Shown here: one piece after another, positions 33,495 to 46,177 of the stretch
How the letters are laid out: every line of letters starts with the position of its first letter
Position numbering within the stretch: the first letter of the stretch is position 1
NCBI RefSeq assembly: GCF_009914755.1
Contig: NC_060928.1
DNA from: the human T2T-CHM13v2.0 reference genome, Homo sapiens
DNA length: 64,000 nt
Direction: 5' to 3' (one strand)
Position numbers and translations under genes: made by a program
Notes under the pieces: model-generated
Databases searched by the model: none
Seen by the model: only the letters and a program-made list of their open reading frames with translations
Told to the model about the DNA's origin: nothing

Positions 33495-34309
33495 TCAACC
33501 AAAAATATAATACTTAGCAATAAATTTAATCAAAGAGGTAATAGAGTTATACACTGCAAATTATAAAGTATTGATAAATAAAATTAAAGAAGACATAGAT
33601 AAATAAAAAGACCTGTCTGTGTTCATGGATAGGAATATTTAATATTTTTAAAACATCTATACTACCAAAAGCAATTTACAGATTCAATGCAATTCCCTAT
33701 CAAAATTCCAATAGCATTCATTACAGAAAGAGAAAAATAACTCCAAAATTCAAATGAAACCTCAAAAGACCCTACATAGCCAAAGCAATCTCTAGCAAGA
33801 AGAGCAAAGCTAGAGGTATTATATGTCCTGACTTCAAAAAAATTACAATATTGTAGGAATCAAAACAGCATGGTACTGACATAAAAACAGACATATAGAC
33901 CAATGGAACATCATACAAATTACAGAAATAAATCCATTTATCAACAGATCTCCAGCAATGGTGCCAAGAACATACAATGGAGAAAGAATAGTCTTTCCAA
34001 TAAATGGCGATAGGAAAACTGGATATGCACATGTAGAAGAATGTAAATGGAACTTTATCTTGCATAAATATAAAAAAATTCAAAATAAATTAAAGACTTA
34101 AATATAAGACCTGAAACCACAAAACACTAAGAAGAAAAACTTAGGGGAAAGGTTTCTTACACTGTTCTGGGAAATGATTTTTCAGATATGATGCCAAAAG
34201 CACAGACAATAAAAGCAAAAATAGACAAACAAAATTACATCAAACAAAATACCTCTGCATAGCAAAGGACACAATCAACAGAGTGAAAAGGCAACGTACA
34301 GACAGGGAG

Positions 34310-34385
34310 GATATATTGGCGAACTCTATATAAGACAAGGGATTATATAGACATATTGTCAAACTCTATATAAGACAAGGGATTA
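34310..34385. repeat. 40-bp-period tandem duplication inside the L1
   Basis: aactctatataagacaagggatta at 34322-34345 and 34362-34385. Confidence 0.9.
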
Positions 34386-34742
34386 ATATTTACAATATGT
34401 AAGAAATTCATACAACTCAATAGCAAAGTAAAAGCCCTATTAAAAAATAGGCAAAGGGTCTGAATAGAAGCTTATGAAAAGAAGACATACAAACATCCAA
34501 CAATACATAAAGAGGTGTTAAACCTCACTAATCATTGGAGAAATGCAAATAAAAAACACAATGAGATATCACCTCACACCTGTTAGAATGGCTGCTATCA
34601 AAAACAAAAAAGATAACAAGTGTTAGCAAGGAAATAGAGAAAAGGGACCACTTCTGCACTTTTGGAGAAAAACCATTTTGGAAAACAGTATGAAGATTCC
34701 TCAAAAAATTGAAAACAGAAATGCCATATGACCCAGCAATCA

Positions 34743-34745
<3 letters not shown>

Positions 34746-34785
<40 letters not shown>

Positions 34786-34908
34786 TACACACACACACAT
34801 GAGTATATATGTATCTCATATATGTATATCATATATATGTATATATGTATATCATAGATATATATGATTGCTGGAGATACATATATATCTATATCCATAT
34901 ATATCCAT
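34746..34908. repeat. Compound (TA)n(CA)n microsatellite
   Basis: Direct inspection. Confidence 0.9.
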
Positions 34909-35575
34909 ACAAAATGAAGTCACTATCTTAAAGAAATATCTGCACTCTCATGTTCATTGCAGTATTATTCACAATAGCCATGATATTGAAACATCCTAAA
35001 TTCCTACCAATAAATGAATGGAGTAAATATGTGGTATATATACATAGTGAAACATTATTCAGCCTTAAAAAAGAAGGAAATCTTGATGTTTTCAACAATA
35101 TAGGTAAACCTAAAGGACATTGTGTTAAGTGAAATTAGGTAGACACAGAAAGATAAATACTGCATAATCTCAATTATATGTGAAATACCCAATATTCAAA
35201 CTCTTAGATATATAGGTTGAAATTATGGCTGCAAGGTTTAGAGGTGGTAGAAATGAAAAGTTGTTGGTCAAAGGGCACAAAGTTTCAATTAAGTGAAATG
35301 AATAAGTTCTGAAACCCTATTGTACAGCAATGTGAATATACATAACAATACTTTATTGTACACTTGAAATTTGGTAAGAAGGTAGATCTTAAGTGTTCTC
35401 ATTATAAAAAATAAAGAGAAAAAGAGAACTATGTGAGATGACAAATTTTAATTAGTTTGTGATGATTATTCACAATGTTTATATATGCCAAACAAATTCA
35501 TACACCTAAAATATATAAAATTTTTGCCAACTATACCTCAATAAATATGAAATAAAACTAGAGAAGTCACCTGCA

Positions 35576-35711
35576 AAGAAAGAAAAAGAGAGAGAGAGAG
35601 AGAAAGGAAGAAGGAAAGAGAGAGAAAAAAAAGAAAGAAGGAAAGAAAGAAAGAAAGAAAAGAAAGAAAGAAAGAAAAGAAAGAAAGAAAAGAAAGAAAG
35701 AGCAAAGAAAA
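35576..35711. repeat. Polypurine (GA)n/(GAAA)n tract
   Basis: Direct inspection. Confidence 0.9.
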
Positions 35712-35724
35712 TAATACCAAGTTG

Positions 35725-35981
35725 CTATTCCAACTCAAAGAAAACTAAAAAGACTAACAACAAAGTCTGGTATGATCCTGGATCTCAAAGAATATGTTTC
35801 CTCGTAAAAGGAAATTATTAGCATAATGGACATAATTTGTGTAAAGGTAGTATGTTGGAGGGTAGTATTCTATCAGTGTTAAATTTTCTAAGTATTATCA
35901 CTGCAGTGTAGTTATGTAAAACTGTTCCTAAAAACAGATGCCTATTCTTAGGAAATGCACTGAATTGTTTGGGAGTAAAGG
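35725..35981 (+). mobile_element. Old L1MC/ME-type 3'UTR fragment
   Basis: tgatcctggatc, gtattctatcagtgttaaattttct, ttcttaggaaatgcactgaa..gtttgggagtaaagg. Confidence 0.6.
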
Positions 35982-35984
35982 AAG

Positions 35985-37400
35985 AAAAAAGCATGACTCA
36001 GCTGTATACTTTCTACAAGAAACCCACCTTAAACATAAAGCTTTAAAGAGGTTAAAACTTAAAGAATGGAGAAATATACCATGCAAACACTAATCATGAG
36101 GAAACTTAAATAGCTGTATAAATTTCAGACAAAGCAGACTTCACAACAATAGCATTATCAGGGATAAAATAGAAACTTACAAAATAATAAAGGGAACAGT
36201 TTTCCAAGAAGACATAAGAATACTAAATGTATATTCAACTAACAAGAGAGCTTCAAAATGCATGAGACAAAACTGATAGCTGTGATAAGAAAAATAGGCA
36301 AATCAACATTTATAGTTGGTGATTTCAACACTTCTCTTTTAGAAATTGGGAGAAAAAGGAGGCAGTACGTTAGTAAGAATATAGATGAACTGAGCAACAC
36401 TATCAACTAACGACGTAATTGACATAAGGTCCACTCAACAACAGCAGAATATGTATTCTTTTCAATCTTCATCAAGATGGGTAATGTTGTGTGCTATAAA
36501 ACAAACCTTACCACAGACAGAAGGACAGAAATCACACAAGGATATTCTAAGTCCATAATGAAGTACGACTGGAAATCAACAAAATATCTAGAACAACCTC
36601 CAATATTTAGAAATTAAACAACACACTTCTAAAAACACTGATAACGTAGACTGACTGCAAGAATGCAGAGCAACTAGATTCTTCTTATGCTGATGGTGAG
36701 AGTGTAAACTGACCTCAACTTGGAGAACTGTTTGGCACTTCCTTAAACATACACTGACTGTCCCTGTGACCTAGGATTTCAACTTATAGTATTTACCCAA
36801 TGGAAAATTTTTAAATGTCTGTATAAAACTTGTAAAAGTATTTTCATTGCACTCAGTAATAGTTCAAACTGGAAATAATCCAAATGTATACCAAAAAGAG
36901 GGTGGACAAATTACTGTATATACATACAGTGTAATGCTACTGAGTGATAAATCAGTGTGGGTATGCACTCATGAAGATCCATATCCACATGGATTTATCT
37001 ATCTAGAGTATCTATCTAGAGTATCTAGATAAATCTAGATAGATTTATCTATGCCAGGAGTTTGGGAGATTTTTGAGATATATCTAGCTAGTTGCATGTG
37101 TCAGTAGATCACAAAAATCTCCCAAATTCCTAGCATAAATAAATGCATATTGGATAATTTCATTTATTTGAAGTTCAATAATGTACCAAACTATTTTATA
37201 GTGATGGAAAACAGAACAATGTTTGCCTATAGATTATGGGTATTGATTGCAAGGGAGAATGAGGGAAGTTGCTGGGTTATGGCAGTGTGCTTCTCGGTTA
37301 GGATGTTAGTTATATATTTGTGTGAATTCATCAAAGTTTATCAAGGTATACACTTAAAAATCTGTGAATTTAACTCTGTGTAAGTTTTATCAAAATTAGT
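35985..37400 (+). mobile_element. Old L1M: ORF2 endonuclease region followed by L1ME-like 3' end
   Basis: ctacaagaaacccacctt, ataccatgcaaacactaatc, gttggtgatttcaacac (VGDFNT); later tacacttaaaaatctgtgaattt. Confidence 0.75.
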
Positions 37401-38909
37401 AAAAGATTTTTTTTTAAATTAGAGGATAATATTACACTGTTAGTAAACATTTTTAAATAAGAGAATTCTTGATAATATATAAAAATACTTCAAAAGAAAC
37501 TAAAAATTAATCACCAATTTATTTTACTTTTAAATAAATAAAATTTCCCAAGAATAAATTCCAATGTAAAGTTTCCTGATACTCAAATTAGACCATTTAA
37601 AATCTTAAGGGAGATCTGGTAAAATTTTATATTTTAGAATGCTTAAGCTATGGCCAAAAGTATGACTTAGTGTCATGCATATTTCAATTATGTAGGTTTT
37701 TCACCCAATGCTATAACCACCACCTTTTACCATAATTAATCAAAATTTACATAAGTGTAAATAAAGATACAGTGTAGTTCACACAAATTTGTTTGCATTT
37801 TTCAATTTCCATTGATTTTTAAAAAATATTCTAGAAGATATATACAAATCTTTAGAATCTATAAAAAATTGAATATTTTATGACTGACAACACCTATTCT
37901 TATAGCAGATTTTTTCTCATAGGATTTTTAATGGGGCATTATGTGATTGATGTTAATTGTCATTTTAGAAGTTCCTTTTACTTTTTTTGCTCATTTGATC
38001 ACAAAAAATCAGATAACTTTCTTTTCACAGTATCTGATGGGGCACTGCCTCGTGTACTAAAAATGGATGACTTCCCAAAGTGTGGCATATCTTTATTTCT
38101 TGGCTAGCTTCCCATGTAGAGAAATAAGTGTTCATAATTATCTGAAGGAGAGTTTTTGCATATTACTCTTTAAGCATATAATTATCTCTTATATTTTGGG
38201 AAGCATTTTATGTGTAGGCCTACAGCATACTGTATGTTTTCTTTAAAAGGCAAAGTAGCTAAAAATGAACGTGTAGAAAATGTGACAGTCATACCATGCT
38301 AGCTGTGTTTGTTACTATGCCACTATAACATGATTTAAAAGCCACTAATGCAAAAGGAAAGTGCATGGTACTTGCTGTGTGTTTCTAATTGGCACAATTT
38401 GCTTATACAGTCCTTGAAGCCAGAATTCCGTTGTTCACATAACTGATTTAATAAAATTAAATGGCAGGCATTTTTTTTCCTTGCAATTTTGGAACGTTGG
38501 AATAAGCAGAAAGAAAGGCTATGCCCATGAATACTAATTAATAGCAGTTCTTGCTAAATATAAATTGCCTTCTTCAAAGACAACTATGATTAAGACACGG
38601 CTAAGAATGAATGCATGAGAAAATCCATTTTATAGACTAGAGCTGGATCAAGATTTTCTCTGTACACAGTAGCTTAAGCTTTTAAACAAAACCCTTTCTT
38701 ATCCTTTACCAAGTTGCACTCATGAAGATCCATATTCACGCTGACTTTTAACAACTACCCAAGGAAGTAGGTAAAATATGAGCTCTAAAGCAAAGAACAC
38801 ACACCCACCGTTGCCATATATAATAATGCTTCCTTATCCCCTCATTTACTTCTCACTTACCTCACCGTTTTACCTCAAACCCATTTGTGACAAGACTCCC
38901 CAGTGCAAC

Positions 38910-39535
38910 CCTCAATTCACCCATTCACCCATCCATTTATCCACCAAAGATTTATTGAGCATCTACTAGATGTTAAAGACCATGTTAGATAATGGAAATA
39001 AAATATCAACAAAAATATTTCTTGCCTTCAGAAAAGTAATAATGGGCTGGGCGCGGTGGCTCACGCCTGTAATCCCAGCACGTTGGGAGGCCGAGACGGG
39101 CGGATCACGAGGTCAGGAGATCGAGACCATCCTGGCTAACACGGTGAAACCCCGCGTCTACTAAAAAAAATACAAAAAATTTAGCCGGGCGTGGCGATGG
39201 GCACCTGTAGTCCCAGCTACTCGGGAGGCTGAGGCAGAATGGTGTGAACCCAGGAGGCAGAGCCTGCAGTGAGCAGAGATCGCACCACTGAACTCCAGCC
39301 AGGGCGACAGAGCAAGACTCCGTCTCAAAAAAAAAAAAAAGGTAATAATGTATCAGGAAGTAAATCAACCATTACAACACAGAATAAAAAAGTGCTATAC
39401 TCTGAGTGTTATGAGAAAGCTTAGGGATGCTTAGGGAAACCCATTAAGAAATGAAGTTTGCTATGAGGCTTCAAGAATAAGTAGAGGTTACCTAAAAACA
39501 GCAGAGTCAAGAAGGAGAGCATTTCAGGTACAGAA
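38910..39535 (-). mobile_element. L2 3' fragment interrupted by AluY
   Basis: cattcacccatccatttatccaccaaagatttattgagcatctacta. Confidence 0.65.
39045..39340 (+). mobile_element. AluY
   Basis: gatcacgaggtcaggagatcgagaccatcctggctaacacgg; TSD gtaataatg at 39036-39044 and 39342-39350. Confidence 0.93.
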
Positions 39536-42500
39536 TTGGAAGTGCTCACCCCACTACATACAATTTTGATATGTAATAGGTACATAAATAGATACAAAAA
39601 TTAATAGAAATGGGAAGCAATCATGTCCCCTCCTCCTCCCAAAAAACATCTAGGAAATTCTTATCTTTACATTGTGTCTTCAAAACTGTCTTCTTCCAGG
39701 TAGAACTATTCATCATATTATTTGCATGGTGATACTCTACCTTTTCTTTTCAGAAGATTGGATATGTTTTCTTTTGTCATATAATGAGAAATGTACTCCT
39801 ATTTTGATTCGACAATCAGGAAGCCCAGAGCTATATTTAAATCTAAATTGAAGTGTCTTGTCATATGTTCCTGTTATAATTTTTTCAACAACCATATTTT
39901 GTTGAACAATATGTGTTTGGACCTCTCTCTTTAACTTTCTTTATAACTTGCCTGCAACTCTTGTGTTAAGTCACCTCAGACCATTTTTTAGAAGACTATG
40001 TGCATTATGAACAGTTATTTCTATAGTAATTTCTTGTGAGATGCTTTCACATGGGCCTAGAACCAATGTTAATAAAAACTAATATGACTTAAATGTATTT
40101 AAAATAAGGTACACATTCTTCTAATAACTCACCGATCATTTTTAAAAATCACAAAGATGGCTTGGGGCCAATAACATAACACTCTTAAAGTCATTATTCT
40201 TCACTTATCATTTTAAAAAACCCCAACACTTGAACTGGTAGTCTTTAAAACTCTGCATGACTGCATATGTCCCAGTTCTGATCATTTTTTCCACTTTTTA
40301 TTATTCAAAAAGTAATTTTTAAATTTTAAACCTGGTGAAGTTAAAGGGGAATTCTTAAAATGAAAAATCAGTCTGTGCCACATCTTTTTCAAGAATAAAA
40401 TGTTCTAGGAGATCATAATGGAACAAAATGCTCTCTGGAAGATAGCAGTTATAGGACAAACAGTACACTCATCAGAGTGCTTGCTGCCACAGATAAATTG
40501 AAGGTCCAAATGGCATACATAATCCAAAACTAGAATAAGTCCTTTTTACAATCAATCAAGTATAAGAGAAGCAGGAATAATACTTATCTTCAAAGAATAG
40601 ATGCGATATTTTGTTCTATACTCTGAAAACATATGGCTAGAATTGTGTTTAAAAAGCATCAGAGGGCTTAAGCTATTTTACCTTTAATTCAGTTCTCATC
40701 ACACACTCAACAGTAATAATTGGCCTTCCTCCTTTTTTGCCTCCCTCTCTTTTGCACCCCCTCCTTTCCTTTCTACTTTGCTTCTTTCATTCTTGCCTCC
40801 TTTTCTTCTTCCTACCTTTCTATGTGTGTTGGACTTCTGAATGCATGGATATATAAGAAAAATAATTCAGTAGTCAATGTCCATGATCTCTCATTTGCAG
40901 TGATCCTTAGTGGTCTGCTTTCTAGTTTTCCTTCATTAGGTAAGGGTCAGACCCTTTCAGGTTTCATAATCTTCTATGTCCACGCCTAAGTCTTAACAGG
41001 CAGAGGTAAATCAATTCTACTCAAATACGAGAAATAAATACAGAGACTTAAGACTTTCAGAAAAGAATTTGGAACAATGTACTTTCCCCCTTAACTTTAT
41101 TATGATTAATTCCAAAAGAATTTGCCAATGATTCTTTATTTTATCAAATACTTATTAGTAACAAAGTAAGATATATTTACCTTTATTATTCCATAGCACA
41201 TGCTTTATTAACATCTTTTCTTATTAATTTTCAAAGTTGTTATTTGAAGTAGATTTATTTTGTCTTGTGTTTTTTTGACATATAATTTTATCTTTATATA
41301 ATTAAAAGAAAAGAAACACTGGAAAATATGTTCAGTTGAAATGGATGCCTACGGTCTTTCTGATGATTGAAGGAAAAATTTATATATAGACTTTCCTATG
41401 CAATCTCTAAAGGATATTTATCAGCAATTTTACTGATCGATGACCAAAGGTTTATAAACCCACATGCTATTAATTTTTAAGCACCAAAGGATAGGAGAGT
41501 GATAATATGAAAAAGAAAGAACTCATTAGTTTTTAATAGAGCATTGAATGGCACACATTTTGCCATCCAACTATTTATCCAGGGCTTCTCACCATGCTCC
41601 TCAAAACTGCTGCACAATAAATAATAAAAGATTAAAACCCTAAACCTGGAAAACTTAGAAAAAATATTAGAAAATTTTATTTGAGATTATAAAAATCCTC
41701 AAATGATTTACTTTAAGAGACACCTTCATTGCTTCCATGTGCAAGGACTAATGATGTCCTGGGGCTGAGGACTGGCGAGAGTGCTGCTTGGGAAACATAG
41801 TCTGTGGTAGGTGATAAAGCAGGCCCTCCACACGGCTCTCTCACTGTCACCAGCCTATCTTTTTACCATTTGTTACAAAAAAATGATAGTTCATGTACAT
41901 ATTTATATATCTGGACTGTTATAACCCTGATTCTCTTTTTTCAGAACAGCTCCTTTTGTTCTAACCAACTCTGTTTCTAGGTATGGTGACTGCAATTAGT
42001 TTTTTTGTATTGAGCTTAAATACAATAAAAAATTCTAATTAAAGGACCAGCTCTCAGGATATTGACATCCGAGGAGACAAGATTTCACAATCGTTTTGGT
42101 TTTGCCTGTATCCTCTCTTGCTTTCTACCCAGGACTCCTTTAATTATCATGTCATCTATTTAGTAATTTTATACTCATTTCATATCCTTCCTCCTAATGG
42201 TGATGTATCTTTGATAGTTTCCCAGGTGACTTTTGAGGCAAAGTTGGATGTGCCTTCTCCGATAGATAAAACGTGAAGGTATATTTGCCAGTTTCAGCTG
42301 GGAGACAAAGATGAAGACTGGGCTTCAGTTTGGTTGCTTTTATTCACAGAAATAGAAAAAAGTAAACAAGTCATAATGATTATATTATAGTCTGGGAAAT
42401 CTATGAAACCAGCAGGCTGAACATATTCCTTATAAAGTCAAGTTTCTCATGAAATATATTCTCATTTGATTTTACAAACAGGTACATATAAGGAAATGAG

Positions 42501-42654
42501 AAGAATGAGGCAGAGCGATGGATCACTGTCTCTCTCTCAGGACTTGATGCTGCTCCTCACTTACCATGGAACCACAGAATGTACTGTTATTTCTAAATGC
42601 CTTGAGCCATTTTGGAACTTCCCTCAGGAGTTAACAGTGTTGTTTGCAGGACCT

Positions 42655-42845
42655 ATGGAGCAATGGTATGGTGGGGTATAGGAAGTGCTCTGCCTTCAGG
42701 AACATCGTCTCCACCACTTACTTTCAGTTCTCTTCTTTGCAGATGTGGTATTTATAGGATTTATCTTATCAAATTGTGCCAAAAATTTAAAATAAAGAAT
42801 TTAAAATAATGCCTGGCACACAGTCAGCATGAAATAATTTTTATA
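42655..42845 (+). mobile_element. MIR fragment
   Basis: ctccaccacttact...aatgcctggcacacagtcagcat. Confidence 0.5.
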
Positions 42846-43489
42846 AGATTATCACTGTTTATTGACCTTGTAAAATTTATTTTATAATCACCAAAATGTT
42901 AATTGTATGTTCAGTATAGCAAAGATACCAAATAATTTAATAATATAGGGAAGAAAAATTAAGGGGTATATTTTTAGGACCTTCTGTGGGTGGCAAAACA
43001 TAAAAACAATACAGAGTTAGGGAAAAGAAAAAATGCATTTTTCTATCAACTGCTATTAGAAAGAAAAAAAGAAAGAAGAAAAGAGGGAATAAAGGCAAGA
43101 AAAAGTCAGCATTTGTCAATGGGAATTATTTTTAAAATAGTGCTTTTCTCATTATTTTGAGAAGACTATTGGATAAGAAGATTAGTTTTACATTAAAATG
43201 TTGATTCTTTTAAACAACAAAGTTATTTACCGATACCCAAGCTATTTAACATGATATTTGATTCACTGCCTACGAGGAATTCATAAAACTGTTTTGACAA
43301 AAGTGGTGGAAGAAAGTTAAATTCTAATTTTCTGGGCCATTAAAATTGTCTATGATATCTTGTCTGCTTCCCATGCTTTTCCATGCATAGACCTGGCTAA
43401 TAATATTAGCAATGTACTCCAGAGATTCAGTTACTTCCTTGGAGAGTGTGTGAAAACCTTCCCTATTCCCTGTGATTTATATTGTATTT

Positions 43490-43815
43490 CAGGGGCAAAT
43501 GTGTGTCACTGTTCTTTTTGCCTTCATCTTTGGAGAGCTACACAATGCACTGCACACTTTAGAGAATTTTTCCATAACTCCCAATCTGTTCTTCAAGCAA
43601 TATGCTGCAAGTATTTTCTTTTTTTATTTTTTGCCAACATTGCCTCTTTTTCTTCTTTTTCAAGATGCAGTATTCCACATTTATCTGCATTGATTTCTGG
43701 CATTTGCCATCTTTTAGCCCAGGTACTTAAGTGATCCAACTTCTGTGTCTGACTACATAGTTCTTTTATTTACTGTTCTTTTGACTTTATTATCATCTGC
43801 AATATCAAGTAGCTC
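43490..43815 (-). mobile_element. Ancient CR1/L3-clade LINE reverse-transcriptase fossil
   Basis: Minus-strand translation LDIADDNKV...(stop, frameshift)...LDHLSTWAKRWQMPEINADKCGILHL...RLGV matches the CR1 ORF2 pattern FADDTK...LxxWAxxWQMxFNxxKCxVxHLG...DLGV. Confidence 0.8.
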
Positions 43816-44444
43816 TGCTATGGAGCTTACCCTGTGGGTCACAGTTTAAAGTCAATCTAACACATGACACAAATCTCTCTGGGTCTGGGAATTTTCTGAT
43901 AATTTTTGTAGATCTTAAAAAGACAAGATTGGGGATTTTATGTTGGTAAACCTCTGAAAATGCAGATTTAACTCTTCAGAAGATAATTTTTCCTAAATTT
44001 TAACTGTGGCCCTCTCCATAATTTTGTATGGCCAGTTAGTAGAACCCTTTTGACACTCCAATCTGTAAAATAAGATCAAAAACATTTATATTTTTTATTT
44101 GCACAAATGCAGATACCTTAGAAAATATGAACCTCTCACATTGGTGTGTATTTTTTAAAATCAATTTCTAGCTGATATTAGCAGTTCTAATCAAATGGGG
44201 ATTTTGGTTAGAAGGCCTAGAAACCTTGGGAAAAAAAGAGAAATTTTGGGGAGGAGCAAATTAGAGCAAAACTCCATCTCAGAAAAAAAAAGAATACTAA
44301 ATTCTCTGATCGTGGGTTAAATAGAGAAACTAAAAGAAAAGTTGGAGGGAATAGATGTTGTTGTACTTTACTACATAATGATTTCTGACATATGTTCAAA
44401 TGGTGTCTTAATGAACAATGGGCATTATTACACAAACAGTATCC

Positions 44445-44628
44445 CAGTCCAAAATCTCACTGGAGACAATGCAATTCCCTTCCACCTATGAACCTATAAA
44501 ATGAAAAGCAAGTTAGTTACTTCCTAAATACAATAAGGGTACAGGCATTGGGTAAATACAGCCATTCCAAATGGGAGAAATCGGCCAAAACAAAGGGGCC
44601 AGAGGCCCCATACAACTCCAAAATCCAA
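44445..44628 (-). mobile_element. Inverted THE1 internal 3' fragment
   Basis: Reverse complement aligns with 45889-46066. Confidence 0.85.
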
Positions 44629-46177
44629 AATTAGTACCAGTAGAGTGGGACATTGCTGAAAAGATACCCCAAAATGTGAAAGTGACTTTGGAACTGGGTA
44701 ACAGGCAAAGGTTGGAACAGTTTGAAAGGCTCAGAAGAAGATGAAAATGTGGAAAAGTTTGGAATTCCCTAGAGACTTGTTGAATGGCTTTGACCAAAAT
44801 GCTGGTAATGATATGGACAATGAAATCCAGGCTGATGTGTTCACAGATGGAGATGAGGAACTTGTTGGGAACTGGAGCAAAAGACATTTTAGCAAAGAGA
44901 CTGGTGGTGCATTTTGTCCCTGCCCTAGAGATCTGTGGAACTTTAAACTTGAGAGAGAAGATTTAGGGTACCCGGTAGAAGAAATTTCTAAGCAGCAAAG
45001 CATTCAAGAGGTAACCTGCGTGCTGTTAAAGGCATTCAGTTTCAAAAGGGAAACAGAGCATAAAGTTTGGAAAATATGAAGCCTGGAGATGCAATAGAGA
45101 AAAGTCCCATTTTCTAAGGAGAAATTCAAGCTGGCTGTAAAAATTTGCATAAGTAACAAGGAGCCGAATGTGAATGGTCAAGGCAATGGGGAAAATGTCT
45201 CCAAGGCATGTCAGAAAACTTTGTGGCAGCCTCTCCCATCACAGGCCTGGAGGCCTAGAAGGAAAAAGTAGTTTCATGGGCCAGTCCCAGAGCCTTGCTG
45301 GTTTGTACAATCTCAGGACTTGGTGCCCTCCACCCTAGCTATGACTAAATGGGGCCAATGTACACCTCAGGCCATTGCTTCAGAGGGTGCAAACCCCAAT
45401 CCTTGGAAGCTTACACGTGGTGTTGGGCCTGCAAATGCACAGATGTCAAGAATTGAGGTTTGGGAACCTCCACCTAGATTTCAGAGGATGTATGGAAATG
45501 CTTGGATGTCCAGGCAGAAGTTTACTGCATGGGTGGAGCCCTCATAAAGAACCTCTGCTAGTGCAGTGTGGAAGAGAAATGTGGGGTTGGGAACCCCACA
45601 AAGAGTCCCCACTGGAGCACTGCCTAGCAAATTTGTGAGAAGAGGGCCACCATCCTTTAGAACTCAGAATAGTAGATCCATGAACAACTTGCACTGTGCA
45701 CCTGGAAAAGCTGAAGACATTCAACACTAACCATGAAAGCAGCTGGGAGGGGTCTGTACACTGCAAAGCCATAGAGGTGGAGCTGCCTAAGGCCATGGGA
45801 GCCCATCTCTTGCATCAGCATTACCTGGATGTAAGACATGGAGTCAAAGGAGATTATTTTGGAACTTTAAGGTTTAATGACTGGCTTATTGGATTTTGGA
45901 CTTGCATGGGTCCTGTAGCCCCTTTGTTTTGACCAATATTTCCCATTTGGAACAGGTGTATTTGCCCAATGTCAGTACCCCCATTGTTTCAAGGGAGTAA
46001 CTAAACTGTTTTTGATTTTGCAGGCTCATAAGCAGAAGGAACTTGTCTCAGATGAGACTTTGGACTTGGACTTCCGGGTTAATGCTGAAGTGAGTTAAGA
46101 CTTTGGGAGACTGTTGGAATGGCTTAATTGTGTTTGAAATGTTAGAACATGAGATTTGGAAGGAGCCAGGGGCAGAA
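44628..46177 (+). mobile_element. THE1 MaLR internal sequence
   Basis: Starts aaattagtaccagtagagtggg; MWKSLEFPRDLLNGFDQNA-type MaLR ORF remnant; ends ggagccaggggcagaa (polypurine tract). Confidence 0.92.

Noticed and set aside
42226-42278. Plus-strand tttcccag|...aag|gtatat exon-like segment
   Set aside because: Weak donor, stops in all three frames and no supporting neighbour exons.
43360-43734. 124-aa plus-strand ORF
   Set aside because: Antisense shadow of the CR1 fossil; no recognisable domain.
44741-45932. Cluster of overlapping ORFs
   Set aside because: Decayed THE1 MaLR internal sequence.
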